Source of the DNA: Sphagnum compactum
Lineage: Eukaryota
Direction of reading: 5' to 3'
DNA: 64,000 nucleotides
NCBI GenBank assembly: GCA_965153455.1
Contig: OZ234493.1
Coordinates: 36,384,213 to 36,448,212, forward strand
Part shown: one piece after another, positions 37,561 through 49,100 of the stretch
Numbering within the stretch: the stretch's first letter is position 1
Layout of the letters: each line of letters begins with the position of its first letter
Made by a program: the position numbers and the translations under genes
Notes under the pieces: generated by a model
Told to the model about the DNA's origin: nothing
Seen by the model: the letters and a program-made list of their open reading frames with translations, nothing else
Database searches by the model: none

Positions 37561-40077
37561 TAAAGGTAAATGGCCTATTTTTTGAAATAGTTAGTTTTTA
37601 AAAGTTGTATCCCATTTCTAATGAAACAATTTTTTGTTAAATGGATGATCACATGTATAATATTCTATGACAAGTGTTTTTTTTGTCTTTGAGTTAAACC
37701 ACATTTTGCACAAGCTTGTAATTTGTTATCGTTTGCAAGTTTCAAACATGTTTGAAAGCTCATGCAAGTGTGTTGATTCATTATGGAATGTTTTAGTGTA
37801 ACAATGGAATGTGAAGAGCCTTGAGCCGTGGAGTTTAAACTTTTTTTCCAACTTTATGAACATTTTGTGAAATTTTGAAGTTTTATTTGGATTTGTTCCA
37901 TGCATTGTGCTATATGCACTTGTGTAGCTTTGTGCACTATGCATTGTGCCATTCTACATCTCTATAACTCATTGTTTGAAGTTCGAATATTTGCATGATG
38001 TGGTTGGGGGTTTGGAACTTGAATATTGAGGTGGGTTATGGGTGCAAGCACATTGTTGTTTCATATGGGCAAAGTTTTTTTTTGACATTGGAGTTCAAAT
38101 CCCCTAGCAAGGCTCAACTTCCAATGTGCATGTTGTATATGTTTGTGAATTAGTTATTGAACAATTTGCTCAATGTTAAGTTTTAAAACTTCTTTTTAAT
38201 GAGATTGTGGAATTTGAATGCTTCAAAACTTTTTTTTACTTTGTGTTGGGTGTTTAGTATGCACGGTTGCAATTCAATTTTGCACGCATTAATTGCCAAA
38301 CTACACAATTTGCATGTGTTTAAGACGGTAATTTTTATAAAAAAAACATTAAACATGATAGTCAATTCCATGATCACATAAAAATCTTATTAGCCAATTT
38401 TTTTAATCTCCATAATCACTACAATAGTTACATAATACACTCTGCCCAAGCAATTAGAGCCAATCTTGCAACTTTCAAAAATTGAAAAAACAACACACTA
38501 CTCCAGACCATCTCCTCATCCGAAACACATTCAAACCTGATCCAGAACGATTCTACGATCAATTGAAACCAAAGGTTCTCTAAAAACGGAAAGAAGAAAA
38601 AGCATGATTATAAATAATAATCATCCAACATTGCTAATACCAGTGTTGGGTTGGGTATTTGATTTTGTTCGTAATGATTAGTTCCAGTTTTTAAAGGATT
38701 TAGAATCAAAGAACCAGCAGTTCCAGTCATCTCCACAGGATCAAAGGCCTAGTCGTTCATAGTTGTTACGTTCACTATTCTGAGTGAGGCCTCTTAGTGG
38801 CCATATTTAAGCTCCCAAAATGTTAGATTAAAGCAAATAATTATTAAATAAATAAATAAATGTGAGATTTGAACTCACTGACTCACTCAGAGACCCTGAT
38901 TTATTCTAACCATGGCATGTTTGTAATATTTCGAAATAATTTAAATGAAAATTGGGATTTTTACCATGGTACTGGTTCACTCAAAGGCCCACCACCCGAG
39001 TAAAAATCATCAGATATATATGTTTATTTCTAATAGGATAGCCAGAAATGTAAAAAGGTGATTAAATAGTTGTAATTTATTTCTGGTTTATAACCATATT
39101 TGGCTAAATCTATGTTGGGCTGATAGCCACTTTTTTTTGACATCTCGTCGTATGTATGGATGATCGCCACACCGGGTACGCACAAAAAAAAAAAATCCTT
39201 TAAAAAAAAACACTGGTTCACATGCATGTATCCACTCAGAATCTGACTTTTTAAGTGAAGGGTAGACGGACGACCTTCTTTCCGGAAGTAAGCACCTGTC
39301 CAAGGTGGAGTCTCGGGGTGCTTAGTGCTTTACTTTCGGAACCGACCACTCCTTTAGAATTCCCTCATGTAAAGCACTGAGAGAATTTTTATTTTTTTTT
39401 CCCTTGTGATAACATCATGGGTATCTGACGGCAATCATGGGCGGAAAAGAACACCGCACCCTTTGTGGAAGAAATCCCTCCGGCTAACATGCTTCTTATG
39501 TGTGCCCTCCAGATACACTAGAAATTTTCTGCGGGTGCTTTACTGGGGCAAAATAATACAAAAGTTCAAAAAGTTCCCAATTTTTAAAAAAAAAATTTGA
39601 TTCCAAAACCGAAACCCTAGACTTTTGGGGGGCGGGGACATGAGGAATTTTGTAGAATAATATGGTTGAATATTACTACACTACCAATTCTGGCGCATTG
39701 AATTGAGCTGTGTAATGATTTTGCTTTTTGGGATTCCGGTTCATGTTCGGCGTTTCATGAGTCAAATGGGTACGCCCTTTTTCCCCCTTTGACGCCTTCA
39801 CTTCTCCATTACTTTTTGCATGTTCGTAATATCAAATCTGAAAAGTCTGTGGTGATATTATATTATAAGGCTTTCTAGGGCTTTCGGTCAATATGAAAGT
39901 CCACACTCACACCAAACCACTGCCTAAGCAGCGACTTATTAGTCGCACACCCGCGTCCGAAAGGCTTTCTCTTTGGCCCGCAATCTAAGAGCCATTTTCT
40001 TCACTTTTGGTGTGCACAACAATTTGTGGAAAAACACTGGTGTGGATCCGCCCGGCCCCTTTCTACTACCTATGTCG

Positions 40078-40432
40078 ACAAGGGGTGTGTCACACCGTGA
40101 GTGGCCTTGCCATTTACATTAAAAAGTATCTTAAGGCAAAAGAAGAATGATGGAAATTCAAATATTTCACCATGCAAAAAATATAATCTTCAAAAAAATC
40201 CTCTTAAAAGAAACCAAAATCCTTCAAGATGTCATAACTCTATAACTAATCTCAAGTTTCAACACAAGCCAAAAATATCATCTTTCAAAAATCCTCATAT
40301 AAAAATAGACCTATTATTATTATTATTATTATTACCTAGGGACCAAAATCCCTTAAGCTACTATACTCTACAATGAATCTAAACACAATATCCTTAAGGG
40401 CCTTGGTAGTACGCAAGGCCAATAAAATTGCA
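40078..40432 (+). repeat. Second copy of the 31864-32180 MITE-like repeat, with a (TTA)n expansion
   Basis: Direct alignment by eye with 31864-32180. Confidence 0.88.
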
Positions 40433-41245
40433 AAACCTAAAGCCTGAGAGTTATTAGTCTTGGCCTTGTTTAGGGGACCGTGAGGGGGGAGGGTTTTGCA
40501 ATTTGTCAAGTAATATGCAAAGGTGAAATGTTGCGCATTCTTTGTGATTCGAAGCTTTTTCTTTGATGCAAACGCGCTCTCCAAAAGGTCAACATTCTGG
40601 GACATGATTCTGGGACGAGGAAAATCAATGGTACTGTAGGTGTTGAGACTCCACAAAAGTTTCGGTTGGGGGGCTGCAGAGGAATTGACAACTATTTTTG
40701 CTCTTTTTTAGGCAGTTTTTTTTTTTGTTTTTTCAATTTTGTGATGTTGCTCAAATGGGGATCATCCATAAGTACATTTAGCCAAATTTGGCAATATTAA
40801 AAAGATGAAAAAATAGGAAATCTAAAGCACCCTCTTTCTATTGTTTGTAGCCAATTCTGGCCATTTTAAAACAGGGAATTTGTGACAAATTTTTTTCAAA
40901 CTATTTTTTTTCTTGAAATGGTTAAAATTCATCACCAAAACAATCACTGCTTCAACTTTTAGGGCCATTGAATCATTTTGCAAACCAAATGTTTTAAAAA
41001 TGAAAACTTCAAAAATTAATAATAATAAAGAAATTTGATTGTAATTTCTTTTTTAGAAATATAAGTTTAAAATGGCTTGGAATAATTTCTTTTTTCCGTT
41101 TTAAAATATTTTTGCAAAAAACAAAAGGGAAAAAAAAAATTCAGATTCAGTAAAACCAAAAGCCCCTATTCACATTGCAACAAAAGTGAGATGTGGGAAT
41201 ATTCTTGCCTAATGTCCAGGCAACTTCTCTCCACTGTGATACCTC

Positions 41246-41387
41246 CACGTGGGCGTTAGTTCGTGAGCTGACGCGCTTCAGGCGCGCCACGTCGGCAGAA
41301 ATTTCCGTGAAGGGAGGGGGACACCCAGCGGTTTCGGATTCTTTTATTGCGTAGCAACTAGCAACCATCGGTCCAAAGGGTATAAAA
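41246..41387 (+). promoter_or_regulatory. Candidate proximal promoter of the GBA2-like gene: G-box/ABRE, DRE-core and TATA-like motifs
   Basis: CACGTG at 41246-41251; GCCACGT (= ACGTGGC on minus) at 41286-41292; GTCGGC (= GCCGAC on minus) at 41291-41296; TATAAAA at 41381-41387. These lie at an abrupt AT-rich to GC-rich transition upstream of the gene. Confidence 0.4.
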
Positions 41388-43175
41388 CCGTCGATAGGCT
41401 GTTCCGACCGGCGGTCGAAACCAGTTCCGTCGGCGATATTCTCCGAATATCCAGCGGGTGGGGGAAACCAACTAGGACCGGAAAATATCCAGGTCCCAAA
41501 GTAATAATAAAGATCCAGGTCCCCGGTAAGACTTTCCTCCTAACCATTTTACCCTCCAAGTGTTTTTACCACTGGTTAAAAAGTAAATCCCGAGACAAGT
41601 CGTCTTCTTCTTCCCCCTGTGCGTGGAGCAATCTTCCCTTTGCCTTTTGGGCAAGTGTTTCTTAGACGAGCAAGGCAGCGCTCTCGGAGTGCAACGATGG
41701 AGTTTTCGTCATCGCTCGCCGTTTGCTAAGGTACGGGATGCGTAGGCCTTGTCGAGATCTTTCTTCCGATGCCCTTTTTGTTCAGTTTGGTGAAGGATTG
41801 CGTCTTATTATGCTGTCTGTGTGTTTGTCTTGTTTGTACGCACCGGTTCTTGTGAGCTAGTAGTTTTGCTTGCTTTTAATGATGTACACTCTTGTGTGCT
41901 TGTGCGTGTGTTTTGGTTAGATGAGAGGTGATTCCTGGATCTCGAATAGAGGCGCTTACTTAGGTTTTTCGTCGGGGCGTTTTGCGGAAGCGAACGGACA
42001 TGTACGGCGGTTCTTGAGCTCTGTGATAGCTCGTTCGTGGCGTGCGGTGAAGGATTGTCCTGTAGCTTGCGTGCGAAAATTCGGGAAAGTTTGAATGGGA
42101 AAGCTTTTAGTGGCGAGTCTTCATTGTGTTGGCTTTTGAGGGCATTTAGGGAGGTTGATTCTCCCGCTGATTTTGTGGCATTTGGCCAAGCACGTCTTCC
42201 AAAGAAAGGTCCGGGACCTTCTTCAGTAGTAATCAAGCAAGTCCCAGGCGGCGTTCGTCACTGTTGCGAGACTTTGCAGATTGCTTGATTCGGAAGACGC
42301 TGTTTTACGAAAGATCTTCTCACTGGATCTCATCTCGTTTGCTTCCAGTTTTGCTGCCCGAAGTCGGATCTAATTTTTTTCCCAGCAGCTCGACGATTGG
42401 CTCTGTGCTGATCGGTTTGCAGTGGCGGGTGCCGAAAAGCTGACGACAAGCCGGAAACGTGACTTCGATCTTCCCAGGATCAATTTCATAATGACTTCAA
42501 CTTGATACGGTAGCGATGTCACGTAGCTTTCTCCGATCTTTCCCTTCGTGAGTACACTTCTCTGCATTATGCTCTTGAGCATCATCCCATAGTTCTCCGC
42601 TGTCCATTGTGATAATAGGATCTTCAGAATCTAGGCAGAGCCCTCGAGACAAAAACTCTCGCCGAAACTCTGACGTCTACCTAATGGTATCTGCGACGAG
42701 GAAGAGAGAAAATCTCTGGTCCAATTATCATCTCTTCAAGAGCACTTGCAGCCCTTCACAAAATGCAGAGCAGAGCTTTGACGGTCACTACTACAGTCCG
42801 TTGCTGCGTCGACAAGTATAGGTGAAAGACAGGTTACATCTTGACCAGCTGGTCATCTCCAACGGCAGCTGCGTGCAGTAAGACTTATTAGACAGACCGC
42901 TGTTCTGTTTTTGCAGGGTTTTGCGAAGTTGTCTACTACGAATTTCTCCGTCTTCGATAGTCTGGAAATCGCTTGTTGCATCGCACTGAACACGGCCGCT
43001 TCAAGCGGTATTCGGAGCTAGAATGTGCTGAGAAGGAAGGCAGATTGTGGAAGGAACAACTCCCGCCCTGTTGTCTCGCACCAAATACGGTTACTGCTTC
43101 AAGCAGTAGGTATCCCGAGTTAGAAAGTGCTAAGAAGGCAGATTGTGGAAGGAACATCGCCGCGTCTACAGAGCC

Positions 43176-46100
43176 ATGGCTTTCTACGGAGGAGCAGGAA
43201 AGACATTCCATGGTCGGAGGCCATCTTGGCCGCTTGCTGACTACGTCCAGAAGCCTACTCTTTCTCTTGTATGTTGATTTCTCTCCCAATCTCTTCCTCC
43301 TCCTCCATGAGATCTCTGAATTGACATGGGACTCTTAAGGCCCAAATTTGCTGAAATCCCTCAAACACAACTCGTCTTTGGAACTTTGTTATTGATTGCT
43401 TCATGGATAGAAGAAAGTCTACAGCTACTATGACCCTTCCAGACTCGTCCGAAGGGTTGTGAGAAACTCATATCAAAACCCTTGTTCGATGTCTTCTTGC
43501 CTCGAGAGCAGACCTGGGATCTTGAAACCTTGAGTTCCAAATCACTCAGCACTTCAGATGGGCATTTCCATCAAGCATGCCTCATTGAAGTGAGAATCTG
43601 TTCAGTAGTAGCAAGGAAATTAGGCCAGGAGACTGGGTCACAGACATTTGTGGCTGACTCCAGTATCTGCTGATGGAAGAATTGCCTATCTCTTTCTCCT
43701 TTGGAGAGAGAATTGCTGTGGCATTTATGGAACTGGTTGTGGTCTTGATGCAATCTCGCTGAAATCACTTTGTGGGAGCTGTATTGTTCTGGCAACACCT
43801 GCCAGAGACTCAGAATTTTCCAGTTTCTAAAAGAAACATCAACACAGAAAAAGAGATTAAAAACTCAGAATTCCAGTTTCGAAAAGAAACATGGACACAT
43901 AAATTGTAGACAGGTGTTGTGAATTTGATTCTGCCATATAATTATGTTTTGATGACATGCAGTTAAATCATGTAGCTTCCCAGATTCATTACTGTGAGGA
44001 TCCTGGGGGTTTTTCTTGAGCTGCAGCTGAATCTAGTCTAGGGTTTAGGGAAGAGTAGGTCCAATTGTTGTTGTAGGAAAGTGGGTTGGGTAGATAGATT
44101 ACATGTTCACTTGCTGTGTTTTTTCATGGCACAAGAAGTCAAAAACATGGAGAAGGTCAATAAAATTATTATGAAGAGTCTCCATTTGAGTGGAGCACAA
44201 TGGTGGGAAGGACTCAGTGAGTTAGCTATAATGAGTAAACTGTGTATAGGAAGAGGAACAAGTTATCCTTGAGTTCCAACTAGGCCATTTCCCAGAAGAT
44301 AGAAAGCATAGAGGAGAACAGCATTGTGCTGTAACAGATGCATGCATGCTACATAGAGCCTGAAGAAAGTTCCAGAATTCTGCTTTTGAAATTACTGTTG
44401 ACCTTTTGGGACAGCTGGACCACGACCCTGGAGCTCCCCCAAAGGAGGCATGGAGACGCAAGCTTAACAGCCACGTCAATTTTCTGACAGAATTTAAAGT
44501 GACATTTATGGAGGCCATAAGAATGGTCTTATATCTTTCCCAGTTGACTTTTCCCATTTCTAGGAACATGCTATCAGCAGCAAGTCAACAAGAAACTACA
44601 ATAATGTCTTTAAGATGCTTATCGTTACAATTTAATTTGAGAAAATGCATAAAAACATGTGTCTGTTGTTATAACTTGGATATGTAATTGCAGTTACAAT
44701 TGGGATTGCGGATGTGGTTTTATGTGCAATCAGAGCGAGCACATGGGCGGGTAACTTCTGACTCTAGGAATCCATGCAGATTGTGCACCAATTATTTTGG
44801 TGTTGGTTGTCCAGCTCAATAAACAACATTGTTTGGTTCTCATGCTCAATTCAGCCTTAGAGACCTGCAATGAGCCGACATCAGGGCTACCAACCCTTGC
44901 TTGTTTGCATTCGTATGTTTTCTCCTGTGCACTGACCTTCAACTTGCTTTTGTTGCAGAGTCCTCCAATTGATCCTTTTTATCGAGAAACAAAGCCTACA
45001 GCCTGTCATGGGGTACCTCTTGGTGGAATGGGGTCAGTGTCCCTCTAATAACTTTCTAAAGGATTTCCATCACCTGAAAAAACCCTTCCAGCTTTCCTTG
45101 TGGGATTTGCCACTTTTGAATAACTATCTGATCACAGCAGAGCCAAAGATGTGGCACTACTGCCATTTGAGTGCAGATAATTTGTGAAAACTGCTGGTCC
45201 AGGTTCACATTTCTTCCATTGTGCTTGATGCAGAGGTGGAAGTATTGGCCGGGGCTTTAGAGGTGAATTCAATCGGTGGCAGCTGAGCCCTGGTGTATGT
45301 GAGGAATCCCCTGTGTTGGCCAACCAATTCTCGGTATATTTTAGGCTTTCCTTTGTCGCAGAGTCTGAAACCAGTATTGCACTCCCATTTACAAATGACA
45401 ACATACAAGATGCGACCTTCTTTGTTGCCAGTGGTGTGAAGATGACTCTGGTTTTACCATGGCTGGAAACATAATTGGGTGGTCTCAAAATTTTCTTAGA
45501 AGAAGAAGCATTACTAACAATGGCAAAGCTAAAACAGCCCAAATGGTTGCTCAAACTTCTGTTGAATGTTGGGTAGGTGTTTGTCACACGTGAGAAAGAT
45601 GGGGGTGCTAAGAAGAAAATTTCTTCAGTTCTTGCACCTGGGCGTCCTCAGGACCTTGAAAGGTGAGATTTGTAGCATAAGATAATAGAAATGAAGTGCT
45701 TGATGGCATAGCAGTTCAGAACTAATTTCTCTTCCTTCTACAAAGCTCATGCCATTTAGTCACTGTCTTTCAAATAGCTCTTTTCGGATGATTTCAATAA
45801 ATGTTCCTGTTGTAGGGGGGACAATGAGCAAGGTATCTCATCATGGGACTGGAACTTGCATGGTCAGCATTCTACATACCATGCTCTTTTTCCAAGAGCA
45901 TGGACAATTTATGAAGGTAATTCTTCTTGATTATGTGATTTCTAGCATTTTGCTGGATGATTCATTCCTTACCTGTTAGCTAAGAGTGCCTAAGACTTTT
46001 CAGGTTCTCTCAATTGAGACAAGATGGAAGTGCACTGCGCCAGACAAGGCATTGGCATTGGTTCAAAGCTAGTTAGCGACATCCTGTCTGGTAATGTGTC

Positions 46101-49100
46101 ATCATATTCCTTCTGAGTTTCTGGGTGTCCCTGTGGTCTGTTTTGTACCAATCACACAGGTGAGCCAGATCCAGATCTGAAGATCTCATGCCGACAAATA
46201 TCTCCATTCATACCTCATAACTACACTGAAAGCAGCTTCCCAGTTTGTGTTTTCTCATATACGGTGAGTAATTGCTCTATGAATTCTGGATTCAAGGTTC
46301 TTCGGTTGGATCTGCAAATGTATGTTGTCTTGATGATGAAAGGCCCTCTGTTGGTTTCTCACTTGAGTCAGTTGTGATGCATGAACCTCTGTTTTTGCAG
46401 CTCATCAACACAGGAAAGGAAAGCGCAGATGTGAGCCTCCTTTTCACATGGGCAGTAAGTAATCATTCTTCTACTTGCAATGAGTTACATGATTTGATGT
46501 ATACATCCTAGGTTCTTCATGGAAAATTTCAGTAGAGCCTAAAGTTGGCCTGGGTAATCAATCAGGATCCTAGTAAAACTGTATAATATGTTGATCTTAT
46601 GTAGGCTGTGGATTTCTCTTGTTGTTGCCGCAGCCAACTGGGTGTTCTTTATGAGCTATTCTCACACAGAAAGCTATAGAGAAGCATGCTAATCTGAGTT
46701 GTGGACAATGGTTTGTACAGAACTCAGTGGGTGGAACTTCTGCTTCAACTGGTGGGCACTGCAATGAACCATATGTGTTAGTCACATACCCATATGCCAA
46801 AAGCTGCAAAGTGTTTTCTTCTTAGTACAAGCTATCTCAAGTGCTAGCCAACATCATGACTGAGTCTTCTTGTTGCTTCTGCAATTGCAAAAGAAACTCA
46901 GAATTCAGATCAAAAGTTTGGGTGGATTATTATGTACTCCTCTATACCCACTGTTGGGAGCTGATGAAGCCAGTGGGTAGTCATGGCAGCTCATCACTGC
47001 TAGTCATTATGAATGTGATGGTCTGACACTTTGTGAGTGAAACTCATAAGGTTATGACAACACTCATTGTTTTGTTACCTTCAAAGTGCTGTTGTGGAGA
47101 TATCCCTGCAATCTCATAGATATCTTCTTACCACAAAATGTTTTCTTGATGCACCAATGCAAGAGTCTGTCTCAGATTAACCCCTAAACATTGGAGAAAG
47201 CCAAACATAAACTGAAAAGCTGACCAAATTGGTCTGCCCAGATGTTTAGGGGTTAATGTTGGAACTGTCCACACATATGCCATTTCCAAAACATCTCATC
47301 AATGGGGAATCTTCTGACTATACTTGAGTGATTACAGGGACAAGGATGGAGTATGTGGTGTACGCCTTCATCATAAGCAAGTTCCTAGCTTTCTGCCCCA
47401 ATTTCAAATTGATGCATGTGTCACAGAATCTGAACCCCTCATCTCCTGCAAGTTCTATTTTCTGCTGTTAGGAGATGAATATAATAGTTTACTTGTTTCC
47501 TTATAACCTCTGTCAGCCATGCAGGAGAATTCTTGCATCAGTTTATTCTCTCTCATAATGACTTGCGTTTACAGGACAAGCTGTGATGGCTTTTTCTTTT
47601 TCAAATTGCAAGAGCAGCAGTCAAAATTAAATTAACAAGCTTCAAGCACCTAACTTTTTTCTGTATCATCTGGATAGTCTCTCTGTTTTCAGATGATGTA
47701 AAGCAGAGGAATTGTAGAAGCCCAATAACTTCTGGTTGTGCTTTGCTAAAATAGCTCTAGGAGCCCCAGTATTACACCTCCATTGCTGTCTTTCCTTTTT
47801 TTTAAAAATGTTTCCTAACGAGCAGGTCGGGCAAATTGCAGGACAGCTGCAAAAGGAGGTAGCCCAGTCACATTTGCAATTGCTGCCAAGGAGGCACGGG
47901 GTGTAACATTATCAACATGTCCCTGCTTCTCAATTGATAAAGAGGGTGACTATAGTGCCAAGTCCATGTGGTTGGAAATGAAAGAGGTTTCCCTTTCTCC
48001 TCTTATCTTGGCTATTGTCTCCTGCTCCTTGAGCTGTGTACCTGAACTTCCTCATACTCATTTAATTTTATTCTTTGTCTGGTAATGAATGAGGAAAAAG
48101 GTGTTGGTCCATAGGGAGAATCAAGGATGTCTTCTGTGGTTATGAAGGGGCAGTTAGAGTACTAAGATGGCAGCTTCCATGTTCACTCTCATCCTATATC
48201 TTGTAGGAATTGTTGGAAATTTGTGAATGCAATTGAGAATTTCCAATTCATACTCAATGCAGCTCAAGTTTGGACTACATGGTTGTTTGACATTTTAGTA
48301 TAAGGGTGTGTTGAGGGTCATCTCAGTGACTGCTTTTCTCTTCTGCAGAAGGGGGCCTTTGATAGTGGAAATTGGAATTGTGACATCTCCCACCCTTCAC
48401 AGCAAGGGGCATCAATTGGTGCTGCTCTTGCAGCTCGGATCCTAATACCTCCAAATGAAAAGAAAGAGGTGGTCTTTGCATTGGCATGGGATTCTCCAGA
48501 AGCTAGATTTTTGAAAGGAAGAGCATATTACAGGTGCACTTCTCATCAATTGATAGAATTTGCCACTTATACTTTAATACCTTAAAAGTTGGTACTCTCA
48601 CCTTGAAATTTCAATATTTGCACTCACAAATGATAAAGTTTGGTAATTTTCATTCACAGTCACTCCACTTTTTTCTGATCTCTTGGGTGAACATTTTGCA
48701 CCCTCTTCTGTGTCCATATGTGTTTGTGTCTGAATCCTAAAATGCCCTTAAGCAATCCGCTGACACTCACTTTGAGTTTCTCTTAATTGAATTTCTACAA
48801 TAATTTCATGTTGATTGCAGGCGTTATACACAGTTCTATGGTACCAAAGGCAATGCTGCTTCAAAGCTTGCACATGATGCGCTTCATGGTAAGACTCATC
48901 ACTGCTAATTTTAGGCATTTCAGGAGCTACTGGCTGTTTTTGGTTTCCATGAGCTAGTAAATGAACAGACTGAAATCATTTGCATAGGCAGTAATTCAGT
49001 CTGCTATTAATCTGTTATCAGCCAGTTAACCAAATTAGTAGCAACTTTTCATGTTTCTGCTTGTGTTCATATTCATTTGGTAAAGAAGCCCTTGGCTTGC

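Noticed and set aside
46941-47030. Hammerhead (CTGATGA), C/D snoRNA or TPP riboswitch (ATACCC..GTAGGGAG) motifs in the intronic repeat
   Set aside because: CTGATGA is CTGATGG in the second copy, no properly placed GAAA and helices were found, and the TPP P4/P5 region is missing.
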